Notes: generated by a model not told the origin, from the sequence alone. A stretch of DNA of 64,000 nt from Porphyromonas sp. (GCA_030532365.1 JAUNLH010000002.1:22656-86655); one strand, 5' to 3'; positions 35,974 to 45,067 are shown, numbered from the stretch's first letter. A program made the numbers and translations.

Positions 35974-36576
35974 TTATCTTAAATCTATAACCTCTATACC
36001 AGGGAGTTTGTTCGGTTCGAAGGAGAAGAACCCTTTTTCATGCATCTCAGGATAGCTACCTTTCTGTATCTTCTTGATATCCACACGGATGTGACCTTCA
36101 AGCCCTTGCTCCTTCACTTCGATCCAAAGTGGTCTGCTGTGGCTGTCTATCGCCACCTTCATCCACTCAAAGGTGTTGCTACCGCTCTTCTTGGGTTTCA
36201 CTGTCAGTATGCCATTATTCTGAGCGATCATGTAGTCCTCATGGTTCAAGGACTCCAGCGAGAGTAGGGGATTTAGCTCTCCGAGTTCTTTCTCTTGGGG
36301 CGTCGTTAGGTTGATCTCACCATTTTGTGCGACGTAGAGCCAGAGGTTTCCCCCATCGTACCAAGCCCTAATGTCCATGCTTTCGAGGTAAAACTTCTTG
36401 CCCGCTCCGTAGTAGATCCCGCTCTGTGCATAGTCTCCTATTGTTAGGAGGTACTCGATCATTAGCCCATCGGTCGTATCAAGATGTCTCTTGACACGCT
36501 CTATATCAGGCACTTGTGCTCCCACCATGGTGATGGTGAGTATCAGCGTCAGTAGTAGTGTCAGTATTCTCTTCAT
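35974..36576 (-). CDS. LolA-like outer-membrane lipoprotein carrier protein
   Basis: I prefer the ATG at 36576, which gives a signal peptide (MKRILTLLLTLILTITMVGAQ); the ORF track extends to 36633. It is about 200 aa and lies immediately downstream of ftsK, the position lolA has in Bacteroidota. Confidence 0.55.
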   Translation of the reverse strand: MKRILTLLLTLILTITMVGAQVPDIERVKRHLDTTDGLMIEYLLTIGDYAQSGIYYGAGKKFYLESMDIRAWYDGGNLWLYVAQNGEINLTTPQEKELGELNPLLSLESLNHEDYMIAQNNGILTVKPKKSGSNTFEWMKVAIDSHSRPLWIEVKEQGLEGHIRVDIKKIQKGSYPEMHEKGFFSFEPNKLPGIEVIDLR

Positions 36577-36586
36577 TGCACCATTC

Positions 36587-39043
36587 CTAGTTGTCATCAG
36601 GGTTGCTGTTGAGTAGCAGATCCAGCTGGTCATTGCTCTTAATCAAGACCTCACGTGGCTTACTGCCATTTTGAGGTCCTACGATCCCAGCTGCCTCTAG
36701 CTGTACCATGAGACGGGCAGCACGGTTGTATCCGATAGCGAAGATTTGCTGGATGAAGGAGGCCGATGCTTTTTGCTCCGCTACTAGTCGGAAGGCAACC
36801 TCATCAAAGAGTTCATCTCGCATGTTAGGATCAAGCGCTCCTTTGTCGCTTGGAGCATCTGGATCATCCACCTCTGGGAGCGGGTAGGCGCTTAAGTATC
36901 CACGCTGGTCGGAGATGAAGTGTACTACATCGGTCACCTCTGGAGTGTCTACAAAAGCGCACTGCACACGCACCAGGTCGTTGCCCTGTGAGTAGAGCGA
37001 GTCTCCTCGACCTACTAGTCTATTAGCCCCGGCTGCATCAAGGATGATGCGAGAATCGACAGCCGAAGTTACTCGGAAAGCGAGACGACCAGGGAAGTTA
37101 GCCTTGATCGCACCAGTGATGATGCTAGCTGTCGGACGTTGTGTAGCGATGATGGCATGTATCCCCACGGCACGAGCCTTCTGTGCCAGTCGTGTGATCG
37201 GTGTCTCTATCTCCTTGCCTGCAGTGATGATGAGATCCCCGTACTCATCAATGATCAGTACAATGTATGGGAGATAGCGATGCCCCTTTTCGGGATTGAG
37301 CTGGCGATTGGTGAACTTCTCGTTGTACTCCTTGATGTTGCGCACCATCGCCTGCGTGAGCAGGTTATATCTGTCGTCCATCTCTTGGCAAAGCGAGTTG
37401 AGTGTATTGGCAGCCCGCTTGGTATCTGTGATGATGGTCTGATCCTCCTCAGGTAGCTTCGCCATGTAGTGCTTCTCTATCTTGCCATACATGCTAAACT
37501 CCACCATCTTAGGGTCGATCATCACAAACTTAAGCTCTGAGGGGTGTTTCTTGTAAAGCAAGGAGGTGATCACAGCATTGAGCCCCACCGACTTACCCTG
37601 ACCTGTCGCACCGGCCACCAATAGGTGAGGCACTTTAGCTAGATCAAAGATAAAGACATCATTGGTGATGGTCCGCCCTAGAGCCACGGGAAGCTCGGCT
37701 TTGCTCTCCTGAAATGCTCGCGACCCAAGTACAGCACGCATGCTCACGATTTGAGGATTCTTATTAGGTACTTCAAGTCCTATGGTCCCCTTGCCCGGCA
37801 TTGGAGCTATGATACGTATCCCATTAGCAGAGAGGCTCATGGAGATGTTATCCTCCAGGTTGCGAATGCGAGAGATGTGGATCCCATCCTCGGGCACCAC
37901 CTCATAGAGCGTGATCGCGGGGCCTACCGTGGCAATGATCGACTTAATATCAATGCCAAAGCTCCTCAGGGTATTGATGATCAGCGTCTTATTCTCCTGG
38001 ATCTCGTCCTGGTCTATCTCACGGTTTCGCTCCTCATAGTTTTTCAGTAGATCGACGCCCGGCATCTGGTAGTGCGATAGGTCACGCTTAGGGTCATAAG
38101 GTCCTAGTTGCTCCACCAAAGCCTCCGAAGCCGTTTTAGGAGCTTCCTCCTCTTCACTATGGCGAGCATCGATTACTTCAAGCGTCACCTCTTTCTCTCC
38201 CTCCGAGACCACTTTCTGTTGCTCCACCTCAGGTATCGATTGTACCCTATCCAGCAGTGGATCAGGAGTGGGGGAGGGTTGCTCCTCCACTTGCTGATGA
38301 TCCACAGTTATCTCCGGATCCTCCTCCATTTCTGGCAGAATGAGCTTCTTCTTGTCCTGCTCCTTCCTCCGTTGGTCGCGGCGGTCTGCCCAGTTGTTAA
38401 ATCGGCTCCTTACCCCCCTAAAGAAGATAAAGAGCAAGAGGAAAAGTAGGAGGAATATCGCCAGTAGCACCCCAAAGTATCCCACCCTTACGTAGAGCCA
38501 TTGATACATCTGCTCTCCTACGATCCCACCAGGGTAAAAGAAGAGTCGATCTGCGAAACCACGAGTTATCGTCGCGAGGGTTAGTGCACTCCAGAAGGTA
38601 GCAGCTGTGCAGAGGAGGGTCTGACGTAGGTAGTTGATGCGCACCACCGTCAAAAGTTTAAGCCCTATGGCGCCCATGAGGTAAATGAGGAAGACCAGCC
38701 CTAGCCCTACCCATTCATTGACTAGCTTGTGCATTAAGTAGGAGCCAGCAACGCCTGCACGCCCCTTAAGCTCAGGGTTTAGCTCCTCTGGTGTGCGGTC
38801 GAAATGTCCTAAGACGACACTCTGATCTGGACCTCCAGTAGCCAGATAAGAGATGAACGCATAAGTCAGATAAAGCGCACCAATGGTTAGGATCGCACCC
38901 AGGATCACAGAGAGAAAGCGCTCCCGCCCTACGAGGTGCGAGAGTCCTTCACTCATCCTACTGCCAAGGCTCTTGCGCTCAGCAGTCTTTGGTTTTGCTC
39001 TATTGGGTGTTGGGCGCGTGCGCCCCATGTTCTTTTTGCTCAT
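36587..39043 (-). CDS. ftsK: DNA translocase FtsK
   Basis: 818 aa with N-terminal TM helices and a linker. The motor domain has Walker A (GATGQGKS) and Walker B (LIIDEYGDL). The C-terminal gamma winged-helix domain includes SASFIQQIFAIGYNRAARLMVQLE. Confidence 0.92.
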   Translation of the reverse strand: MSKKNMGRTRPTPNRAKPKTAERKSLGSRMSEGLSHLVGRERFLSVILGAILTIGALYLTYAFISYLATGGPDQSVVLGHFDRTPEELNPELKGRAGVAGSYLMHKLVNEWVGLGLVFLIYLMGAIGLKLLTVVRINYLRQTLLCTAATFWSALTLATITRGFADRLFFYPGGIVGEQMYQWLYVRVGYFGVLLAIFLLLFLLLFIFFRGVRSRFNNWADRRDQRRKEQDKKKLILPEMEEDPEITVDHQQVEEQPSPTPDPLLDRVQSIPEVEQQKVVSEGEKEVTLEVIDARHSEEEEAPKTASEALVEQLGPYDPKRDLSHYQMPGVDLLKNYEERNREIDQDEIQENKTLIINTLRSFGIDIKSIIATVGPAITLYEVVPEDGIHISRIRNLEDNISMSLSANGIRIIAPMPGKGTIGLEVPNKNPQIVSMRAVLGSRAFQESKAELPVALGRTITNDVFIFDLAKVPHLLVAGATGQGKSVGLNAVITSLLYKKHPSELKFVMIDPKMVEFSMYGKIEKHYMAKLPEEDQTIITDTKRAANTLNSLCQEMDDRYNLLTQAMVRNIKEYNEKFTNRQLNPEKGHRYLPYIVLIIDEYGDLIITAGKEIETPITRLAQKARAVGIHAIIATQRPTASIITGAIKANFPGRLAFRVTSAVDSRIILDAAGANRLVGRGDSLYSQGNDLVRVQCAFVDTPEVTDVVHFISDQRGYLSAYPLPEVDDPDAPSDKGALDPNMRDELFDEVAFRLVAEQKASASFIQQIFAIGYNRAARLMVQLEAAGIVGPQNGSKPREVLIKSNDQLDLLLNSNPDDN

Positions 39044-39123
39044 CCTTATCTTTTGTCAAGGAGCCCGCTCACTACATACCTGCAGTGAGGGGCTCCCTCA
39101 GTATCCTACAAGTAGCTGGATCT

Positions 39124-40614
39124 CTACTCTTTAAGTATCACATCATGAGCCCCGCCCTCCACGATAGAGGTAGAGGAGACCAGTGTCAGCTTGGCATGCT
39201 TCTGCAAGTGCTTGATGTTTGTTGAGCCACTGCTACACATGGTAGACTTGATCTTTGCAAGTGTCTGATCTAGAGAGTCCTTCATCTTACCGGCATAGGG
39301 CACGTAGCTGTCTACCCCTTCTTCAAACTTCATCCCAGAGAAGTCACCGCCACTGTCGTAGCGCTGCCAGTTCTTAGCACGGTTGGATCCCTCGCCCCAG
39401 TACTCCTTGACATAGTTGCCATTGATACGCAACTTCTTGCTTGGGCTCTCGTCGAAGCGAGCGAAGTAGCGCCCCATCATCAAGAAGTCTGCCCCCATGG
39501 CAAGTGCTAGCGTCATGTGGTAGTCAAGTACCAGTCCGCCGTCAGAACAGATGGGGATGTAGACGCCGTGCTCCTCGTAGTATCTGTCACGCGCCTCTGC
39601 CACATCGATCACAGCTGTAGCCTGACCACGACCGATACCCTTTTGCTCACGAGTGATACAGATAGAGCCACCACCGATACCGACCTTGACGAAGTCAGCT
39701 CCTGCCTCTACCAGATAAAGGAAGCCCTCTTGGTCCACCACGTTACCAGCACCGATTGGTAGTTCGGGGTAGTGCTCTTTTACCCACGCTAGGGTATCCT
39801 TTTGCCATATAGAGTAGCCATCCGACGAGTCTATACATACGACATCGACACCGGCCTCTACCAGAGCTGGCACTCGCTCCTTGTAGTCGCGCGTATTGAT
39901 ACCTGCACCTACCAGTAGTTCCTTGGTCTCTTTGTCAGAGAGCTCGCTTGGGTTTTGGCGGTGGTTGTCATAGTCTTTGCGGAATACAAAGTAGCACAGC
40001 CTCTGCTCCTCATCGATGATGGGCAGAGAATTGAGCTTATGCTCCCAGATGATGTCGTTCGCCTCGGAGAGGGTGATACCCAGCTTGCCGACAGCTAGCT
40101 TGTCAAATGGGGTCATGAACTGATGTATCGGAGTCTCCCGTGGGGTGGTGGAGAGACGGTAGTCACGGCTGGTCACCACGCCTAGGAGCCGCCCTCCTGA
40201 AGTGCCGTCTTCCGTGATTGCAATCGTAGAGTGCCCAGTCTTGTGGGTCAGTGCCAGCACATCCTCAAGCGTCTGATCGGGCTTAAGGTTGGAGTCACTT
40301 GTCACGAAGCCGGCTTTGAACTTCTTAACCCTTCTAACCATCTCCGCCTGCTCAGAGATCGGCTGTGAACCGTAGATAAATGAAAGACCGCCGTTGCGTG
40401 CCAACTCTATTGCTAGCGTGTCGTTAGAGACTGACTGCATGATAGCACTGACAAACGGTATGTTGAGCCTGATCTTTGGCTCTTCACCCTCACTAAACTT
40501 AGTGAGTGGGGTTTGCAAATTGATGTTCTGTGGTGTACACTCCCTAGTGGTTAGCCCCGGTATCAGGAGGTACTCTCCAAATGTGTGTGAGACCTGCTCT
40601 AAGAATATCGCCAT
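39124..40614 (-). CDS. guaB: IMP dehydrogenase
   Basis: I prefer the ATG at 40614 ([22 protein letters not shown]); the ORF-track TTG at 40731 adds an unlikely leader. A CBS pair is inserted in a TIM barrel. The catalytic loop is [12 protein letters not shown]. Confidence 0.9.
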   Translation of the reverse strand: MAIFLEQVSHTFGEYLLIPGLTTRECTPQNINLQTPLTKFSEGEEPKIRLNIPFVSAIMQSVSNDTLAIELARNGGLSFIYGSQPISEQAEMVRRVKKFKAGFVTSDSNLKPDQTLEDVLALTHKTGHSTIAITEDGTSGGRLLGVVTSRDYRLSTTPRETPIHQFMTPFDKLAVGKLGITLSEANDIIWEHKLNSLPIIDEEQRLCYFVFRKDYDNHRQNPSELSDKETKELLVGAGINTRDYKERVPALVEAGVDVVCIDSSDGYSIWQKDTLAWVKEHYPELPIGAGNVVDQEGFLYLVEAGADFVKVGIGGGSICITREQKGIGRGQATAVIDVAEARDRYYEEHGVYIPICSDGGLVLDYHMTLALAMGADFLMMGRYFARFDESPSKKLRINGNYVKEYWGEGSNRAKNWQRYDSGGDFSGMKFEEGVDSYVPYAGKMKDSLDQTLAKIKSTMCSSGSTNIKHLQKHAKLTLVSSTSIVEGGAHDVILKE

Positions 40615-40680
40615 ATCTCGCTCTCCTCTCTCTTCTATTGTTACAAAATGAGGTACACCTATCGGTACCCAACTTGCATG

Positions 40681-40688
40681 CAAAGTTA
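40681..40688 (-). promoter_or_regulatory. Candidate -7 box (TAACTTTG) for guaB
   Basis: The reverse complement of 40681-40688 matches TAnnTTTG. It lies 67 nt upstream of the guaB ATG and overlaps the near-palindrome AACTTGCATGCAAAGTT at 40671-40687. Confidence 0.3.
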
Positions 40689-40772
40689 ATGAAAAAGCGG
40701 CAAAGTACACTCCTCCTCTAGACCATAGCAAAGTCTACAATGAGGAGGCATCCCCCGCTTGTCTGCATTCGC

Positions 40773-40872
40773 AAGTTAGATCAATCGGAGTTCCCAACTT
40801 CGATCTGTTTAAGTTCCGAACTTCGTTGTGCCTAAGTTGGGAACTTAGATTTTCTAAGTTCGGATGTCGTTT
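40773..40872. repeat. Brick array D (inverted orientation, leader at the right end)
   Basis: The units are TCGGAGTTCCCAACTTCGATCTG / TTTAAGTTCCGAACTTCGTTGTG / CCTAAGTTGGGAACTTAGATTTT / CTAAGTTCGGATGTCG. Cores start at 40788, 40811, 40834 and 40856. Confidence 0.85.
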
Positions 40873-40897
40873 TTATTTCTTTATTGATGTAATGTAA

Positions 40898-40920
40898 GAC
40901 GCAGGTCGAGCGTCGTGCTA
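40898..40920. repeat. Degenerate solo copy of the GTACGAC..CCGACCTGCGTCGG hairpin module, abutting a stop codon
   Basis: The minus strand reads TAG-CACGACGCTCGACCTGCGTCTTAC. It shares an exact 11-mer, CGACCTGCGTC, and ACGAC with the left end of the 46413 element. Confidence 0.45.
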
Positions 40921-42018
40921 CTGCCGATAGAGTAGGATGGAGCGCAGACGTGCTTGGTCCGCTTTGTCAAAATCCAATACCTCCTCGAGGTACTTGGAGA
41001 TGGAGCCATAATTGTGCTCGATGGCGCTGGTGACGGAGTGCAGGTCGTTGGGGCGAGAGCGGTAGTACTCCGTGAGCGTCTCTTGTATCGCTGTTGTTAG
41101 GAAGAACCCATGCGGCTCTAACTGGTTGACCGGCAGGAGGGCATTGCTCAGGAGGTAGTCATTGATGATGTCCGAGCGACTGACTCCTAGGATGTTCTGT
41201 ATCAGCATGGTGATGAAGGCAACGCGAGTATTGCCCAGGTCGTCACTGATGAGGATCGGATAGTGCTCTGGCTCTAGGAGGAAGTGGAGCACACTGCTGA
41301 TCTGGTGGGTGCTCTCAAAGGCGATGCTATTAAAGAGGTCATTGTAGAAGTAGACCACGCTCTCAGCGTCTACCTTACCGGAGTATATCTTCTCTTGAAA
41401 TCCGTTGAAGTCGACATAGACATCCGGCTCTATGGTGGCGAACTTTGCGTATGGTATCTGCGAACTGCTTCGTCTCGGCTGTCCGTAGGCGCTAGCGAGG
41501 CTGAGGTGGTTCTTGATCCTCATCCTTGAGATGAGGGGCTCATCTTCGCGCTGTATCCTTGAGAGGTCGCCGGAGCGATAGATCATGCCCCACCGCATTT
41601 GCTGACCACTGTCTGTCATGTATCCTCCTATGTCTCTGAGGTTCACGGGCCCTGCTGTGGGTATCACCCTAGTGGAGGTGACACGTGTCTCCTGCCCATC
41701 AAAAACCATTAGGAAGTAGGTCTGCTCTATTAGGTCGTGGCTGGTGTAGGTGGTGGTCTCCTTGCGGATTGCCTCAATAACAAAGGGTTGCCAGCTGGTG
41801 GCAAAAGCATCGTTGGAGACAAAGATCTCTACATTGCCCTCCATGCTGGGCTGCACATCCCACCGTATGCGGTAGTTGCCCTCTCTATCTTGCTGGGTGA
41901 TGGTGTCGATGTAGTAGGGCTGCTTGGCACAGGAGAAGAGCAGCAGGAGGAGTACCGCGGTCAGTGCGCCTCTTGCAATGGTCCCCTGCTGGGGTCTCTC
42001 TGTTGTTGCCCTTTTCAT
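40918..42018 (-). CDS. Y_phosphatase3-family (tyrosine/lipid phosphatase-like) protein with degenerate active site; predicted lipoprotein
   Basis: 366 aa with a lipobox (LLLLFSC) and an N-terminal beta-sandwich-like region. VNLRDIGGYMTDSGQQMRWGMIYRSGDL and IINDYLLSN are family hallmarks. The P-loop position reads SDDLGNTR, where the family normally has HCxAGKDR. Confidence 0.65.
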   Translation of the reverse strand: MKRATTERPQQGTIARGALTAVLLLLLFSCAKQPYYIDTITQQDREGNYRIRWDVQPSMEGNVEIFVSNDAFATSWQPFVIEAIRKETTTYTSHDLIEQTYFLMVFDGQETRVTSTRVIPTAGPVNLRDIGGYMTDSGQQMRWGMIYRSGDLSRIQREDEPLISRMRIKNHLSLASAYGQPRRSSSQIPYAKFATIEPDVYVDFNGFQEKIYSGKVDAESVVYFYNDLFNSIAFESTHQISSVLHFLLEPEHYPILISDDLGNTRVAFITMLIQNILGVSRSDIINDYLLSNALLPVNQLEPHGFFLTTAIQETLTEYYRSRPNDLHSVTSAIEHNYGSISKYLEEVLDFDKADQARLRSILLYRQ

Positions 42019-42047
42019 CGATTATCTATCTATCCCTTTTCTTACCC

Positions 42048-42055
42048 CAAATCTA
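42048..42055 (-). promoter_or_regulatory. Candidate -7 box (TAGATTTG) for the phosphatase-like gene
   Basis: The reverse complement matches TAnnTTTG, 30 nt upstream of the ATG at 42018. Confidence 0.3.
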
Positions 42056-42130
42056 GACAAAGTATCGATTATATGGGCGGGTAGAGGGGATGTTTCAATA
42101 TCTTTACCCTTTTTTAGCAATGTGAGGGTA

Positions 42131-42169
42131 TAAAATGAGGGGTCGGCAGGAGGTGTGCTCCTACCGACC
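42131..42169 (-). terminator. Candidate intrinsic terminator of the beta-barrel OMP gene
   Basis: GGTCGGCAGGAG-GTGTG-CTCCTACCGACC at 42141-42169 forms an 11-bp stem with one mismatch. On the minus strand it is followed by CCTCATTTTATAC. Confidence 0.55.
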
Positions 42170-42212
42170 CAGTATCAATTGTTTATGCTACTTCTTTAAG
42201 CCTATAGCTCTA

Positions 42213-42872
42213 TTAGAAGCGGTAACCTAGTGAAACGAAGAAGTTGATGTTCTTCTGAGTTAGGTTGTCAACTCTAGACATGTCAGCAAGACCGAACTGT
42301 GAACCAACACCTAGCAGGATGTTGCGGTACTCAGCACCGGCACCAACCTGGATACCAGCGTCGAATGGCTTGTAAAGACCACCGTCCTCCTTAAACAGGT
42401 TGTCCTTGCTCTCGCTATTGATGGTAATACCTAGGAGAGTACCAGAGCCAGAGGTCGTAGTATTGACACCGTAAGCTAGGTATGGACCAGCATTTACAAA
42501 TACTCCAAAGCCGTCAGCTACGTTAAAGGCGAAGTTAGCCAGAATAGGAAGCTCAACGTATCCAAGAGTAGTCTTGATCTCACCCTTGCTGTTATCGCCC
42601 TCAGACGCAGACTTTGCACCCTTGGTAGAGTAGTAGAGACCTGGCTGGATGCTGAATACAGCAGGGCCGAGGTCTGCAACTGCTAGGTCTAGTGCAGCAC
42701 CAACGCGGAAGCCAGACTTCACGCTGTTGCCCATCTTGTCGCCCTCCTTGCTAGTAGAGATGTTTGCACCTTGGTAGCCAGCACTTACGATAACTGATGG
42801 ACGTACCTGCGCCATTGCTCCTAGAGTAAAAATGCTTAGAGCTATTGCTAAAAAAGTTCTTTTCATGTTCAT
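42213..42872 (-). CDS. Small outer-membrane beta-barrel (porin-family, OMP_b-brl_2-like) protein
   Basis: 219 aa with a signal peptide (ALSIFTLGAMAQ). It has alternating amphipathic beta-strands with aromatic girdles and a terminal Phe (SLGYRF). Confidence 0.75.
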   Translation of the reverse strand: MNMKRTFLAIALSIFTLGAMAQVRPSVIVSAGYQGANISTSKEGDKMGNSVKSGFRVGAALDLAVADLGPAVFSIQPGLYYSTKGAKSASEGDNSKGEIKTTLGYVELPILANFAFNVADGFGVFVNAGPYLAYGVNTTTSGSGTLLGITINSESKDNLFKEDGGLYKPFDAGIQVGAGAEYRNILLGVGSQFGLADMSRVDNLTQKNINFFVSLGYRF

Positions 42873-43002
42873 GTTTTCTATCCTTCTAAAAGATGAATAT
42901 AATACTCAAGTCTATACGTACCTTCCCCCAATCACTCGAACAAAGCTAAGTAAAATGCTGCTACACTACCTAGGCTTTGTAATTCTTTAACCTATTCTAA
43001 TA

Positions 43003-44052
43003 TTAGACAAGACATGCCCACCAGAGTATGATGGCGATGAGCAGCAGGACTATTCGTATCCAAGCCGTTGTCCTCGACCTTAGTATCAGCCCTATCGGTA
43101 GCAACACGATGATGAGGATAACAGCGATCACCACTACTACTATCAGTAGTGAGGATAGTAAAAATAGGATGGTGCTAAAGCTAAAGGCCCCAGTTACAGC
43201 GAAGAGTTCTGACAAGGTGGTGACGTTAGACATTGACTCCCAGAAGGGGGCTTCAAATAGTCCGGCTGTGTACTTTATGATCCAGAAGATGGACCCTCCT
43301 AGAAGTATGATGAATAGAAGGGCGGTGATGATCCAGAGGATGGTATTGCTCTTGCTCTTCTTTGCAGGCTTCGTCACCTCATCCAGGGTCTCTACTTCTG
43401 GGGCTCTCTTGGCGTAGCTGTCTTGAGATATCTTGTGTAGGATGCTCTCGGGTGTTACGCTGCACCCCTCCATCTCTAGTCTCTCCTCTACGGTGATTGC
43501 CTTTGGTACAAATATCCAGTAGGCGAGGTAGATGAGGAATAGGGCACCGCCTGCAGGGGTGAAGAGTAGCAGGATGAAGATGACCCTCATGATATTGGGG
43601 TCAATACCAATGAGGTGCTTTAGCCCTCCGAAAACACCTGCCACCATGCGGTCATTAGGATTGCGGTAGAGCTTGTGATTGCGGAGGAGAAACTCTTTCG
43701 TGTTATTAGTTTTCTCCTCAGCTCTTGCCTCGGCTGTCTTTGTGTTCCCAGGCTCGCTATGAGTGGTATGCTCATTGCTCTCCATATCCTCTCCGATGAT
43801 ATCCTCTACCTTGCCCACCTGCTCCAGCACCTCTCTTGTCATCTTAGTCGTGATGACGTCGTACCCGTGACTTAGCTGTTCGGAGAAGAGATCCGCAATA
43901 CGGCGCTCTAGGTCAGAGACGATCTCGCCCTCTGGGTCGTCTTGGTAGAAATAGTTGTGTAGGCTTTTGAGGTATTGGTTTAGAATGTTATACGCCTCCT
44001 CCTCAAGATTATAAAAACTGCCTGCGAGGTTGATGTTGATAGTCTTTTTCAT
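43003..44052 (-). CDS. PspC-domain membrane protein
   Basis: 349 aa with a PspC motif (RMVAGVFGGLKHLIGIDPNIMRVIFILLLF) followed by several TM helices. It lies downstream of the PadR gene, which is a common pairing. Confidence 0.8.
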   Translation of the reverse strand: MKKTININLAGSFYNLEEEAYNILNQYLKSLHNYFYQDDPEGEIVSDLERRIADLFSEQLSHGYDVITTKMTREVLEQVGKVEDIIGEDMESNEHTTHSEPGNTKTAEARAEEKTNNTKEFLLRNHKLYRNPNDRMVAGVFGGLKHLIGIDPNIMRVIFILLLFTPAGGALFLIYLAYWIFVPKAITVEERLEMEGCSVTPESILHKISQDSYAKRAPEVETLDEVTKPAKKSKSNTILWIITALLFIILLGGSIFWIIKYTAGLFEAPFWESMSNVTTLSELFAVTGAFSFSTILFLLSSLLIVVVVIAVILIIVLLPIGLILRSRTTAWIRIVLLLIAIILWWACLV

Positions 44053-44061
44053 AACGTCGTC

Positions 44062-44544
44062 TCACACTTCTTTGTATAAGTCATTTACACTCTCTTCTTT
44101 CCCAATCATCTGCTCCCTCGCTCCTTCGTCAGATGTCTGGTCGTCAGGTACTTGCTCTAGGGGTGTCTCTACCTCAGAAGATGGCACAGCCTCGAGGGTT
44201 GCTTGCCTTTGTATTTGCTCTACAGCTCCCGTGAGTGAGCCCCATGCGGTGCTAAGCTGTGCTAATACCTCGCGCCCCTTGTCTGTGATGAAGTAGTACT
44301 TACGGGGTGGCCCCTGTGTGCTCTCTACCCATGCGTAGGTGACTAGCTCCTCTTTGCGTAGGCGATTGAGGAGCGGATAGAGGGTACCCTCCACCACAAT
44401 GAGGTCGTTCTCCTTGAGCAGAGCTAGCAGGTCTGCGCTGTATGCCTCGTGGTGCTGCAGGATCAGTAGGATGCAGTACTCTAGCACCCCTTTCTTCATC
44501 TGCGATTGCACGCGATCGAGGATCTTGGCTGTCTCGTCATTCAT
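44062..44544 (-). CDS. PadR-family transcriptional regulator
   Basis: 160 aa with a winged helix: GVLEYCILLILQHHEAYSADLLALL...GTLYPLLNRLRKEELV...PPRKYYFITDKG. Confidence 0.85.
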   Translation of the reverse strand: MNDETAKILDRVQSQMKKGVLEYCILLILQHHEAYSADLLALLKENDLIVVEGTLYPLLNRLRKEELVTYAWVESTQGPPRKYYFITDKGREVLAQLSTAWGSLTGAVEQIQRQATLEAVPSSEVETPLEQVPDDQTSDEGAREQMIGKEESVNDLYKEV

Positions 44545-44925
44545 ACGCTTTCTCCTCTTTGTGAATCAATCAGTTGGACTTCTCTAATCATTTTAGGACA
44601 TGGAGTGGGCTCGGTCGTGATACAATCACCTCAAGCATCGCTCGTATGTCATGCACAAATGTAGGTAAAGTTTGGTACTTTGCAAAGCATAGTACTAAAT
44701 ATATATTAGGGATAGTGGGGTAAAAGGGTGAGATTCCCCTGCAGTAGAGCCGTGGGGGACGGTAAGGAGGTGGATGAACAAAAATGCATGAAAGGGTACC
44801 AAAGGGTATGAAAGTGTATGAAATAGGATTGTGCCCTTTTTGCGGTGGTATATTTGCATCGCAGTTCTCTCATAGGGATCTGCGACGCGTTCTTTGACAT
44901 ATTGGATAAAAAAGTTTGTATGGGC

Positions 44926-44955
44926 TGAACCTCCATCGGACGTCGTACCACATCA
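44926..44955. repeat. Truncated copy of the hairpin-module end (TGATG..GTACGACGTCCGA)
   Basis: The minus strand reads TGATGTGGTACGACGTCCGATGGAGGTTCA, compared with the left end of the 46413 element, TGATGGTACGACATCCGACCTGCG. Only the first half of the module is present. Confidence 0.5.
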
Positions 44956-44981
44956 ATTGCAGATTTAGTGTGTATAATTTG

Positions 44982-44989
44982 TATCTTTG
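44982..44989 (+). promoter_or_regulatory. Candidate -7 box (TATCTTTG) for the fucosidase gene
   Basis: Exact TAnnTTTG match, 79 nt upstream of the ATG at 45068. Confidence 0.3.
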
Positions 44990-45067
44990 TAGTGGTAAGA
45001 GATGTGAAATAACCCGATGATAGAGCATTCGACCCTGTCGCTAGAGAACACAAACAAAAGCTACACT

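Noticed and set aside
39124-40731. N-terminal extensions offered by the ORF track: guaB to 40731, the glsB-like gene from 20645, SusC to 33807, the GNAT-like gene to 12451, LolA to 36633, and the PDZ gene to 5766.
   Set aside because: The extensions start at non-ATG codons or run into the neighbouring gene, and they encode non-conserved leader sequence. Internal ATGs give canonical N-termini or signal peptides and sensible intergenic spacing.
44706-45053. The 115-aa minus-strand ORF in the PadR-fucosidase gap.
   Set aside because: Its composition is low-complexity and junk-like (S/T/H-rich) with no motif. It overlaps the fucosidase promoter region and the ORF-track 5' extension of the fucosidase gene. 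I treat it as non-coding.
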